Shown here: piece by piece, positions 39,437 through 52,640 of the stretch
How the letters are laid out: every line of letters starts with the position of its first letter
Numbering within the stretch: the first letter of the stretch is position 1
From: Octopus sinensis
Taxonomy: Eukaryota
Length of the DNA: 64,000 nucleotides
Direction: 5' to 3'
NCBI RefSeq assembly: GCF_006345805.1
Contig: NC_043009.1
Span: 69,502,001 to 69,566,000, forward strand
The notes under the pieces: generated by a model
Seen by the model: only the letters and a program-made list of their open reading frames with translations
Databases searched by the model: none
What the model was told of the DNA's origin: nothing
Made by a program: the position numbers and the translations under genes

Positions 39437-39489
<53 letters not shown>

Positions 39490-39694
39490 GATCTATATCT
39501 GTATATATATACACACACACAGATCTATATATACACACACAGATATACATATATACACAGATACATACATATAAATATATATATATTTATATATATAGAG
39601 AGAGATATTTATATATACACACTTATATATATAATTTTTTTCGTAATGAGATGAAAAATCAAGGGTGTGTAGATTTTAGAACATTTATAAATAG

Positions 39695-39742
39695 GTCTTA
39701 CAGCTGTTTCTAGGATATTTATCATATCCTATCATCGGAGAC
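39695..39742 (-). ncRNA. Hammerhead motif, array unit 6 (unit 9 at 41395-41442 is nearly identical)
   Basis: GUCU-CCGAUGA-UAGGAUAU(GAUAA)AUAUCCUA-GAAAC-AGCU-GUA-AGAC, with a fully paired 8 bp stem II. Confidence 0.7.
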
Positions 39743-39942
39743 GGTGTGAGAAGGTTATAAAAAATGTAAAAAAAGAGGAAAGAACGAGAAGAGAAGAATA
39801 AAGAAAAGAAAAACAGAAAAGAAAGAAAATCGGGGCAAAGAAAATTTTAGGAAAATAAAAAGAAATAAGTCGAAAGTTTTACCGGTGAGTGTGTTAAATT
39901 ATAAGGCACAAAAAGGAAATGACTCTCCCCAGACACCGCAGA

Positions 39943-39979
<37 letters not shown>

Positions 39980-40138
39980 GGATATATATAATATATAAAC
40001 GTATACATACATACAAAAATATATCAATTTATATATACATGCATATATATATAAATATATATATACATACAGATATATATATATATAAACATACAGAGAT
40101 ATATAGAAATATATAAGTACATACATAAAGCTATATAG

Positions 40139-40175
<37 letters not shown>

Positions 40176-40246
40176 ATATATATAATTTTTTTCGTAAGGA
40201 GATAAAACAATCAAGGCTGTGTAGATTTTAGAACATTTATAAATAG

Positions 40247-40293
40247 TTCTTACGGCTGTTTCTAGGATATTTTTTTATTCCTTCATCGGAGAA
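40247..40293 (-). ncRNA. Hammerhead motif, array unit 7 (unit 10 at 41909-41955 is the same variant)
   Basis: UUCU-CCGAUGA...GAAAC-AGCC-GUA-AGAA. Stem I has a U-A pair where units 1, 2, 6, 9 and 11 have G-C. Confidence 0.6.
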
Positions 40294-40761
40294 GTTGTCA
40301 GATTTAAAAAATATAAAAAATAAAAATGAAAAAGATAAAAGAAAGAGAAAAGAGGAATAAAGAAGAGAAAGAGAAAAAAGAAAGAAAACACAGACAAAGA
40401 AAATTTTAGGAAAATGAAAATAAAGAATAAGTCGAAATTTTACTGGTGAGTGTGTTAAATTATAAGGCGCAAAAAAATTACTCTCCCCAGACACAACGAA
40501 TGTGCAGAAAAAAAAAATATATATACACATATCTCTTTCTTTCTCTCTCTCTCTTTCTCTCTCTCTCTATATATATATACACACACACAGATATACAAAG
40601 ATACATATACACACAGATACATATATATATATATATATAATATATATATATATATATAATATATATATATATATATCTTATACAAAATATATATAAATTA
40701 ATATATACGCACTTATATATATATATTTTTTCGTAATGAGATGAAAAACCAGATCTCTCAA

Positions 40762-40807
<46 letters not shown>

Positions 40808-42213
40808 CAGATATATATAAATTTATATATACACACTTATATATATATTTTTTTCGTAAGGAGATGAAAAACCAAGGCTGTGTAAATTTTAGAACATTTA
40901 TAAATAGTTCTTACGGCTGTTTCTAGGATATTTTTTTATCCCTTCAACGGAGACGGTGTGAGATTTTTAAAAATATAAGAAAATAAAAATGGAAAAAGAG
41001 GAAAGAACGAGAAAAGAGGAAGTGAGAAGAGGAAGAGAGAAAAGAAAGAAAACAGAGGCAAAGAAAATTTTAGGAAAATGAAAATAAGGATTAAGTCGAA
41101 CGTTTTACCGGTGAGTGTGTTAGATTATAAGGCGCAAAAAAATGACTCTCCCCAGACACAACGAATGTACAGATATATATATATACACACAGATCTATAT
41201 CTGTATATATATATACACACACAGAGATCTATATATACATATACATATATACACAGATACATACATATAAATATATATATATATTTATAGAGAGAGAGAG
41301 AGAGATATTTATATATACACACTAATATATATAATTTTTTTCGTAATGAGATGAAAAATCAAGGGTGTGTAGATTTTAGAACATTTATAAATAGGTCTTA
41401 CAGCTGTTTCTAGGATATTTATCATATCCTTTCATCGGAGACGGTGTGAGAAGGTTATAAAAAATGTAAAAAAAGAGGAAAGAACGAGAAGAGAAGAATA
41501 AAGAAAAGAAAAACAGAAAAGAAAGAAAATCGGGGCAAAGAAAATTTTAGGAAAATAAAAAGAAATAAGTCGAAAGTTTTACCGGTGAGTGTGTTAAATT
41601 ATAAGGCACAAACAGAAATGACTCTCCCAAGACACCGCAGCAGAATATATATATATATATATATACACACACATACAGATATATATATATATAAACGTAT
41701 ACATACATACAAATATATATCAATTTATATATACATGCATATATATATAAATATATATATACAAACAGATATATATATATAAACATACAGAGATATATAG
41801 AAATATATATGTACATACATACAGCTATATATATATATATATATATAATTTTTTCGTAAGGAGATAAAACAATCAAGGCTGTGTAGATTTTAGAACATTT
41901 ATAAATAGTTCTTACGGCTGTTTCTAGGATATTTTTTTATTCCTTCATCGGAGAAGTTGTGAGATTTTAAAAAATATAAAAAATAAAAATGAAAAAGATA
42001 AAAGAAAGAGAAAAGAAGATTAAAGAAGAGAAAGAGAAAAAAGAAAGAAAACAGGGCAAAGAAAATTTTAGGAAAATGAAAATAAAGAATAAGTCGAAAT
42101 TTTACTGGTGAGTGTGTAAAATTATAAGGCGCAAAAAATGACTCTCCCCAGAAACAACGAATGTGCAGAAAAAAAAAAATATATATACACATATCTCTTT
42201 CTTTCTCTCTCTC

Positions 42214-42247
<34 letters not shown>

Positions 42248-42282
42248 GATATACATATATACACAGATACATATACACACAG

Positions 42283-42319
<37 letters not shown>

Positions 42320-42357
42320 AATATATATATTTTTTCGTAATGAGATGAAAAACCAGA

Positions 42358-42393
<36 letters not shown>

Positions 42394-42493
42394 CAGATAT
42401 ATATAAATTTATATATACACACTTATATATATAATTTTTTCGTAATGAGATGAAAAACCAAGGCTGTGCAGATTTTTGAACATTTATAAATAG

Positions 42494-42541
42494 GTCTTAC
42501 AGCTGTTTCTAGGATATTTATTATATCCCTTCATCAGAGAC
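42494..42541 (-). ncRNA. Best hammerhead motif, array unit 11
   Basis: GUCU-CUGAUGA-A-GGGAUAU(AAUAA)AUAUCCU-A-GAAAC-AGCU-GUA-AGAC: canonical core, 4 bp stem I, 7 bp stem II, palindromic ACAGCUGU at stem III, GUA triplet. Confidence 0.8.
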
Positions 42542-42740
42542 GGTGTGAGAAGGTTTTTAAAAAATGTAAAAAAGAGGAAAGAACGAGAAGAGAGGAATAA
42601 AGAAAAGAAGGAGAAGAAAGAAAACAGAGGCAACGAAAATTTTAGGGAAATGAAAATAAGAAATAAGTCGAAAGTTTTACCGGTGAGTGTGTTAAATTAT
42701 AAGGCACAAAAAGAAAATGACACTCCCCAGACACCGCAGA

Positions 42741-42785
<45 letters not shown>

Positions 42786-43204
42786 CAGATATATATACAT
42801 ACATACAGATATAAATATATATATAAACGTATACATACAGATATATATCAATTTATACATACATACAGATATATATCAATTTATACATACATGCATATAT
42901 ATATCAATTTATACATACATGCATATATATCAATTTATACATACGTGCATATATATATAAATATATATATATACGTGCATATATATATAAATATATATAT
43001 ATACATGCATATATATATAAATATATATATATACATGCATATATATATAAATATATATATATACATGCATATATATATATAAATATATATATATACATGC
43101 ATATATATATATATACATGCATATATATATAAATATATATAATATACATGCATATATATAAATATATATATATACATGCATATATATATAATATATATAT
43201 ATAT

Positions 43205-43570
43205 ACTTTGATACTTTGATAGGTTTCGGCCATTATTGGCCCAGGCCATGTCTAACTTAATAGCACCACCTGGTGAAGTCTTTCAAGTCAGAATTTGGCA
43301 CTATGGCCCACTCAGTAGAGAGTTACTGTTTACAGAGACATATCCGGGTAGGGGGGTTATCCGGGATTTCTTGAAGGAATCTGTCCAAAGACTTCTTGAA
43401 CCCTATAGGGTCAGTTTCTGTTTTATGCGTTTTGGTGTAATGTTAAAAGAGAGCGGGGCCAATTGAGGTGAAATAATTGTGCCGTATTGTTGTTACGAGA
43501 TGAGAGTGCGATCTTTGTTTTGGGCGGATGGCACGGGCCCAAGCCTGGATGTACCTTAAAGGTGATGCCA
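43205..43570 (-). mobile_element. 3' end fragment of a second CR1-like LINE family
   Basis: Degenerate 'AQLF...PRSL...FKKSLDRFLQEIPD.P'-like remnant, ending GGCCGAAACCTATCAAAGTATCAAAGTAT (short tandem tail). Confidence 0.55.
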
Positions 43571-44479
43571 ACATATATGTATATATATATAAATATATAT
43601 ATATAACATATTATATAAATATATATATACATACATATATATATAATATATATATGCATACATATATATATAATATACATATACATACATTATATATAAA
43701 TATACATATACATACATATATATACATATATATATAAATATATATATATATACATATATATTAAATATACATATACATACATATATATACATATTATATA
43801 TAAATATATATATATATACATATATATATAAATATATATATATATACATATATATATAAATATATATATATATACATATATATATCAATATATATATATA
43901 TACATATATATATAATATATATATATATACATATATATATAAATATATATATATAACATAATATATAAATATATATATATTACATATATATAAAATATCT
44001 ATTATATACATATATATATAAATATATATACTATATATATAAATATATATACATATATATATAAAATATATACATATATATAAATATATATACATATATA
44101 TATAAATATATATATATACATATATATATAAATATATAACATATATATATAAATATATATATTATACTATATATATAAATATATATACATATATATAAAA
44201 TATATATATACATATATATATAAATATATATATATATACATATATATACATATATATATATTACATATATATATAAATATATATATATACATATAATATA
44301 TATAAATATATATATATATACATATAGTTAAATATATATATATATATAATATTATATATATAAATATATATATATCTCTTCTTATATATAAATATATAAT
44401 ATACATATATATATATATAATATAATATATAATATACATATATATATATATATAAATATTATATATAAATACATACTCT

Positions 44480-44795
44480 TTTACTCTTTTACTCTTTTAC
44501 TTGTTTCGCCATCCGGCTGAGGCCATGCTGGGGCACCGCCCTTGTGGCTACCCTCTCTAAGTCCATTTTGCCGTGGCTGGCCACTGATCTAAGAGAGAGT
44601 TTGTAGCTGCTGCCCTTAGGTTCCCTTCGTACCTTGCAGTGGGGTTCATCTGGGATCCCGGAAAGCAGCTTGTCTAGATGTTTTTTTGAAAATGTCCACA
44701 TCCGCATCATGTAGATCTCTTAGTTTTCTTGGCAGTTTGTTGAACAGCTGAGGGCCCCTGAACCCCAGGCTATTATACAGTATCTGCTCCTTACC
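44480..44795 (-). mobile_element. CR1/L2-like LINE 3' end fragment
   Basis: [11 protein letters not shown]...MMRMWTFSKKHLDKLLSGIPDEPHC, with an (AGAGTAAA)n tail. Confidence 0.7.
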
Positions 44796-45070
44796 TTACA
44801 TATATATATAATATATATATATATACATATATATATAATATACATATATATTATAAATATACATATATATATATTATATAAATATACATATATATATAAA
44901 TATATATAATATACATATATAATATAATATACATATATATATAAATATACATATATATACAAATATACATATATATACACATATATACATATATACCACA
45001 TATATAGCATATATACACATATATATATATATAATATATATATACAATATAGACATATACATATATATAC

Positions 45071-45123
<53 letters not shown>

Positions 45124-45284
45124 CATATATATATATACATATATATATATATACATATATATATATACATATATATATATACATATATATATATATACAT
45201 ATATATATACATATATTATATATATATACTATATATATATATACATAATATATACATTATATATATATACATATACATATATAT

Positions 45285-45550
45285 GATTGATGATTTGATT
45301 GATGATTCCGTTTCAGCTCATGAGCTGTGGCCATGCTGGGGCCCGCCATTTGGTGTTGCTACTTGTTTCACTTCATGGAGCTTTCTAGCAACTGCTATTT
45401 GGTGCATGAGAGAGTTCATGCAGCTGCCCTCATCTGCCCCCTCCTGCCGTGAAGTTGGTTCATCTGGGACACCTGACAGGAAGAGATCCAGCTCCATTTT
45501 AAAGACATCTGTATCCACCCCATGCAGGTCTCTCAGGTTCATCGGAGGAT
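45285..45550 (-). mobile_element. CR1/L2-like LINE 3' end fragment
   Basis: [33 protein letters not shown]; closely similar to 37955-38240. Confidence 0.8.
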
Positions 45551-46126
45551 ATTATATATATATACATATATATATAATACATTATATATATAACATATAT
45601 ATACATATACATATATATATATATACATATATATACATATATATACATATACATATATATATATACATATATATACATATATATACATATATATACATAT
45701 ACATAATATACATATATATATATTATATATATATATATACATACTGCTATATACATATATAATAATTTTTTCGTAATGAGATAAAAATCCAAGGCTGTAT
45801 AGATTTTAGAACATTTAAAATAGGTCTTACGCTGTTTCTAGGATATTTAAATATATCCCTTCAGCGGTGAAGGTGTGAGATTTTTAAAAATATGAGAAAA
45901 CAAAAATGAAAAAGAGGAATAATGAAGAGAAAGAGAGAAAAGAAAGAAAACAGAGACAAAGAAAATTTTAGGAAAATGAAAATAAGAAATAAGTCGAAAG
46001 TTTTACCGGTGAGTTTGTTAAATTATAAGGCGCAAAAAAATGACACTCCGCAGACACAACGAATGTGCAGAAATATATATAAATATATATATATATATAA
46101 CTCTCCCCAGACACAGGAGAATGTAC

Positions 46127-46173
<47 letters not shown>

Positions 46174-46392
46174 ATATACACATACACAGATCTTTGTCTC
46201 TATATATAGACACACACACACATATATATACATATAGACAGATCTATCTATATATACATACACATAGACAGATCTATCTATATATACATACACATAGATC
46301 TATCTATATATACATACACATAAACATATATATATATATATAGACATATATAAAATATATATATAGACATATATAAATATATATAGACATAT

Positions 46393-46427
<35 letters not shown>

Positions 46428-46573
46428 TATATTATATATATATATAGAGAGAGAGAGAGAGACTATATATATATATATATATAAGACACACACACACACA
46501 CCCATATATATATATATATATAGACATATATAAATATATATATTATAGACATATATAATATATATATAGAGAG

Positions 46574-46612
<39 letters not shown>

Positions 46613-46636
46613 ACACCCACACACACACACACACAC

Positions 46637-46688
<52 letters not shown>

Positions 46689-46782
46689 GTGTGTCTATAT
46701 ATATATTTATATATGTCTATATATATTATTTATATATGTCTATATATATATATTTATATATGTCCTATATATATAGAATATG

Positions 46783-46817
<35 letters not shown>

Positions 46818-46846
46818 TATATATATATATTATGTGTGTCTATATA

Positions 46847-46884
<38 letters not shown>

Positions 46885-47122
46885 TATATTAATATATATA
46901 TATATATATATCTATATATGTCTATATATATATATATAATATGTCTATATTATATATATATATATGTCTATATATAATATATTATATAGTCAGATATCTA
47001 TGTCTATATATATATATATATATATATGTCTATATATATATATATATGGTCTATATATATATAAATGTCTATATATATATGTCTATATATATATATATGT
47101 CTATATATATATATATATGTCC

Positions 47123-47158
<36 letters not shown>

Positions 47159-47184
47159 GTCTCTATATATATATTATATATATA

Positions 47185-47222
<38 letters not shown>

Positions 47223-47254
47223 CCATATATATATATATATATATGTCTATATAC

Positions 47255-47815
47255 AGCAGAACTCGAAGCAACTCAAGAAAGCTACACAAAGAAAATCGTC
47301 TCAATGCAAAATGTCAGCTACTGGGAAAGACTGAAGGTATTAAACCTCTTCTCCCTGGAGCGGAGGCGGGAGAGATATGCAGTGATATACATCTGGAAAA
47401 TCCTGGAGGGTCTTGTCCCAAACTTTGGCATTCAAATTTACTCCAACCGCAAACGGGCGTCGCTGCGTGGTGCCAAGGATTCCAACATCACCATCAAAAT
47501 ACAGTCCAGATACTGCAACAGCTTGGGTTTTCAGAGGACCACAGCTCTTTAACATCCTCCCTAAATGCCTGAGAGACTTACATGGTGTGGATGTGGGTTT
47601 CTTTAAAACTAAACTGGATCTCTTCTTGTTGGAGTCCCAGATGAACCTACCTCACGACAGGAGACACGGATGCGGCAGCAGCATCGAACTCCCTTGTTGA
47701 TCAAGTGCCACTTATCAGAGGTGGATTCACAAACTAGTGTAGCTCATTCAGCGTGTGGCCCCCAGCATGGGCCGCTGCCTTCGGGCTAAACCATTTTTAA
47801 GGATTTAAGGATTTA
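47255..47815 (+). mobile_element. CR1/L2-like LINE 3' fragment
   Basis: [13 protein letters not shown]...[40 protein letters not shown] and [33 protein letters not shown]. The SLERRR pattern is typical of CR1/L2. Confidence 0.85.
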
Positions 47816-48091
47816 TATATATATATATATGTCCTATATATATATATATATGTCTATATATATATATATATGTCTATATATATATATATATGTCTATATA
47901 TATATATATATGTTATATATATATATAATGTCTATATATATATATATATATATATCTATATATATATATATATATGTCTATATATATATATATATGTCTA
48001 TATATATATTATATATGTCTATATATATATATATATGTCTATATATATATATATATGTCTATATATATATATATGTCCTATATATATATAT

Positions 48092-48126
<35 letters not shown>

Positions 48127-48144
48127 CTATATATATATTATATA

Positions 48145-48175
<31 letters not shown>

Positions 48176-48176
48176 G

Positions 48177-48234
<58 letters not shown>

Positions 48235-48588
48235 ATATATGTCTATATATATATTTATATATGTCTATATATATATATATACATATATTATAATATATCT
48301 GTTTATGTGTACATATTATAGATAGATCTGTCTATATGTATATATATATATGTGTGGTGTGTGTGTGTGTGTGTGTGCCGGTGGCACGTAAAAAGCACCC
48401 ACTACACTCAGGGAGCAAAACAGGCAGAAAAACGAAATATCTAAAGGATAAAGGGAATAAAAGCTTTGGTCAACGTAAAACATTATATGTACACATCATA
48501 TTATGGTAGACGGGTATAGCAACAAAGCAATAATGTCTCTTAATTTGTGGTCGTTTATAGCGAAAGACGTGGAAAGCCGAATACTTAC

Positions 48589-48713
48589 CGTCGTAGACAG
48601 ACACAGAATCCGTTTCACAACCAGAAGACAAGTAAATATCCGAAAATGCTACTTCTAATACAACGTTTTCGTCTGCATTTTTGGATCTTATGGACCAAGA
48701 TCGGGACATCGAG
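48589..48713 (-). CDS. CUB-domain membrane protein exon (middle of the second CUB domain)
   Basis: TTTTTTGTCATTTCTGCCAG acceptor, GTAAGT donor, phase 2/1, 125 nt. Reads SMSRSWSIRSKNADENVVLEVAFSDIYLSSGCETDSVSVYDG. Confidence 0.88.
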
Positions 48714-48852
48714 CTGGCAGAAATGACAAAAAAGGAAAAGGAAACGTTTATTGATTAGTGTAAAAAGAAATGAATACAAATTGACTCCCTAGAAAAACAA
48801 AAAAGATATATGCATACATACACGCATAGAAACATACATGAAAACACAAATA

Positions 48853-49590
48853 TACAGGGTGCGATGAGTAAATTGTCAGTTTATATTTTTTATTTCGCTC
48901 ATGCGCATTGTGGGTTTTGATTTAGTCGTCTACACAGTATAGTAGGGCCAGTTGGGCACCGTCTATGAGGAAAACAGTATCATGACGCTGTGCACTGCCA
49001 GGAATATGGGAACGACATGCTGTACCGCTTGGCATTCGCGTCGGAAGCTCCAATACGGACATTTCAGAATGTGTGGGTGTCTGTACGAGGACAATGCAGA
49101 GGATTCGGAAAGAGTTGAATGGATCTAATGGTGATTACGAAGGTACGGCAGCTCAGAAAACTCAATCTGATCGTTCTGATAAGAAAATATCTCCTGAATT
49201 TGTTGGTGAGATCCAGACCACGATTGACAACGATCTCTCCAAGACATCGCCAGGGACATGGGAGTGTCTGAGTTTCTTATCAAGCAGGTAGCACATGAAG
49301 ACAATCGGTATTCCTCATACATGATGAAAAAGGGGTCAATTTTTATCCCAAACCACCAAGGACAAGAGGAAAGACCGCGCTACGCAGCTTTTGAACAAAC
49401 TCAAGCGTCCCCTCCCACCGAACATGCTTTGGTTTTCCTCAGAGGAGAAACATTTCTGCAAGGATCAAATGGTGAACACAGAGAACAACTGTTGGCTGGC
49501 CGCGTCCCCAAAACATGTACCAAGAGTAATAAAAATCAAACATCTAGTCAACATCATGGTGTTTGGAGTGATCATTCACCTTCCCACACG
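48853..49590 (+). mobile_element. Truncated Tc1/mariner-superfamily transposon (maT/DD37D-like)
   Basis: TA-CAGGGTG terminal start; MLWFSSEEKHFCKDQMVNTENNCWLAASPKHVPRVIKIKHLVNIMVFGVI resembles the 'FSDEK.F......N.QN.R.....VMV.G' catalytic region. Confidence 0.7.
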
Positions 49591-50968
49591 GCCTTAGACT
49601 TAACATGCGCAGAGAACTGCCAACAGAAAGTTTTCCTGCTAGATCGGTCTTTTTGTAGCTGCAGCCTTTTTTAATCGAGTGGACACGACTGAACCTTCTC
49701 TCAAGGGAAAACCCAACACGTAGAGAAGCCCCCTTCTACGCGGGAACGGAGACAACATTTTGGCTCACACAAGTTAACTATTGTGGATAGTTTTATGGAC
49801 TTGGCTACCGGTTCGCCCCGAAGAAAATATATGTGTATATATTTTATTTGCGAATCCAGGGAAATTTTTCTGTTTTATCTAACAGGTTGAAAGACCACAT
49901 ATAGTTTCCCTTGCTGTCTCGAATAATTGTATGTGTAACTGTAGCATTATAACGAATATGAGAGTGATTATAAGCTATGTTTATTGCTTACTAAGTGAAA
50001 ATAGAACGATGTTAATAGAATCATATCTACAAGAAATTTTGGTGAAAGACATGATAGAAGAGTAAATATAATTTGTCTGGCAAAATTCATACATAAAAGA
50101 TTGCACTGAAAAATATACCGCATTGAGTAAGAAATCCAATGTTTGGGAGTATTGTCCTACTCCGGAGAAAAAAATCTGCAGGCAAATATGGCGGTCATAT
50201 TTGTCTGCATTTGAAGACGCTACGTGAGATGTCACGATAAAGAAATTTGTCGAAATTTGTGGTGTTTCTTTCCTTATCATGTCTAAAGTTGTTTTTAGAG
50301 TTTTCTGGGTTTTTTAAAATCATAATCCTTTAAAATTTAATTTCTGTTTCTATAGTTTATGTAATATAACACAGCTCTATATGTGTGTGTTAATTATGTC
50401 CCCTTAATACACATTTTTTTATTTTGTGATAACGTACACAAATACAATTTTATCCAGTTCTACTCTGTGTTAGTGATTCCCATTAACTTTTTCCTCTTTG
50501 TGCATCGTTTGCCGTATTGTTTAATGACTTAGAGAAAGAAGCGTAGGACCAAAGATCCTTCACAAAGCCCCAGAGTCTGGTGGAAAGGAAGTGGGAAGGT
50601 TAATCTTACGCTGATGACATCTCTCGGGGACTGTCTTTAAAATGAAAGAATAATTTAAATATAGTTCTAAATGAATGTTTAGTAAACGCCCTTCAGAGAA
50701 TGCTATTTATCACGGTAACGAACGGTAGATTTTGGAAGTAAATCAAGATTTTAACGATTAATGATTAATCTTCCACAGAATTAATGACTTGCACAGTCAT
50801 TTAAAACATAAGTTAAATTGCTTTATTGTAATTTGAAGCCGAGGATAATAAATATTTGCTTATTGCCTCGTTATATCGCAAATAGGCCTCGCTTGTTAAC
50901 TTCCAAATATGTATGTATGTATGTATGCATGCATGCATGCATGTATTTATGATATATACATGTACGTG

Positions 50969-51000
<32 letters not shown>

Positions 51001-51699
51001 CTATATGTATGTGTCCATGTCATTCTACTAAAACTGAATTAACCATTAGTTCTAACACGAAACTGCATCTAATTTTGACTTCCTCTGTTAATAGTGGAAG
51101 GAAAAATCAAATAACATATATACACACATTCACACACAAATAAATGAATAATAATAATAATAGTAATAATAATGATCAAAACCGAAATTCATAAAACTTT
51201 ATTGGAAAACCTACACTTGAGTTTAGTTTTGAAGTCTGTGTCATCAGGTGCATATATAATTGCCAGTTGTTGGGAAGGGAGTCACAATAGGAATGACGAC
51301 ATGTCAGCCACTCATAAAGTCAGTCGTAGAGGGTTCAGTTCAACTGAACGTCGGGAAACTAAATGAGGTGATGGGTCACATAATATTTTATTACCCGAAA
51401 CACAAATAAATTTGAGAGATTAAACCATATTTGTTATCTTTTTTCTTTAAATGGTTTAGTTTGAAAAAAAAAGGCGGGGTTTAACGACACTCAAAAGAGG
51501 GATGAATAGCAGAGGGCCTTCAGAGAAGGGGCTGCTCCTCCCATGAAAATATTTCTAAGGGGCTGGGTTGCATCCAGTCATGATTCCTAGACACTCCTCT
51601 GCTTTCAGACCTTATGCCACTGTTTTAGACTGAAAACATTCAAGGTGATTGGGTGCCTCAAAGCCAAGTCGTATTAGCGGTCAACACTTCGCTACCAGA

Positions 51700-52640
51700 G
51701 AACGAGCTGTAAGTAGGCCAAGTTATCCCTTCTTATGTTCGCTTCTATCTCAATCGAATCCAATTGGAAATCTTTTCGCTTACTTATATCTTTGCCTTTA
51801 GAGCTCTGCTACTCTTACCAGAAAATGAAATCCGTTTGATGAGATCGTATGCAGGTTCGCCCGCAAGTCCCCTTCTTCTTATCCTTATGGTGAAGACTTC
51901 GGCTTGTAAGTCTGATTGGTTTAATTGGTATACTTCACAGTGTTAGGTCTGTGCGCTTCTTTCGTCCTATTTTCACATGGCGCACTGAGTTCAGTCAGAA
52001 ACATTTGTTTTTTCTGAAAATTCGATCTCGTACTACTCTTGTTGTTGATTTCTGGATAACTTTTCCATTCTAGAGGTTTGCCGTGCACTCCCTGTAAACT
52101 ATTCCATCCAGCAGACCACTCTTCTAAGATAGGATTGGCACAGCTGTTCCAGCTCAAAATTTTCTGTCATCTGCCGTGAAGAGCATCGTTGGAGTTTCTG
52201 GTATCGTTGTTTCTTTCTTTCTCACAATACAGATCACAAATACGATCTCTTTATGCCTTTGATTGTGCCTCCAAGTGGACGCACCATTTTATACAGGCTC
52301 AAGGCACGGTTTTCCCGTTATTTGTGTTGGTAGAAAGGACACCACTTCTTCACAAAGTTCGTATACGAGGACAAGAAGTCATACAGACCCTGAGAATAAT
52401 GTGGATTCTTAGAAGAGCCAGACACCGCGCATACTTTCAGCTAAAGACTTCTTTCCCATATCGACAAGTACCCTTGTTACTCCTGCTGGACTGCCTTTTG
52501 CAATATTTTGGCATTCACTTCCCTCTTAACTTTCTGCATTATCTCGTCTATTTTTTTCCTTTTGCTTTTGACTAGGTTTGCGTGATTAAGGAGAACTGGA
52601 GCCAAACAAGAAAAGACTATCCAAGACCTTATTTTCTCCT
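51700..52640 (-). mobile_element. Degenerate Hero/NeSL-like RLE non-LTR retrotransposon 3' part
   Basis: LEWKSYPEINNKSSTRSNFQKKQMFLTELSAPCENRTKEAHRPNTVKY resembles the 'P.i..T..RPD......ELT.PWE....eAh..K..KY' RLE pattern. An upstream 'WRHN'-like zinc-knuckle remnant lies near 52260-52340. Confidence 0.6.

Larger units (their letters stand above)
35115..46075 (-). repeat. Array of 12 copies of a ~280 bp hammerhead-containing unit, separated by variable TA-rich microsatellite and interrupted by LINE/SINE fragments
   Basis: Unit starts on the plus strand (AAGGCTGTGTAGATTTTAGAACATTT-like): 35115, 35558, 35984, ~36534, 39139, 39661, 40213, 40874, 41361, 41875, 42460, 45791. Confidence 0.92.

Noticed and set aside
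35115-46075. Repeat-spacer architecture suggestive of a CRISPR array
   Set aside because: Repeats are ~280 bp, spacers are microsatellites, no cas genes are present and the context is eukaryotic.
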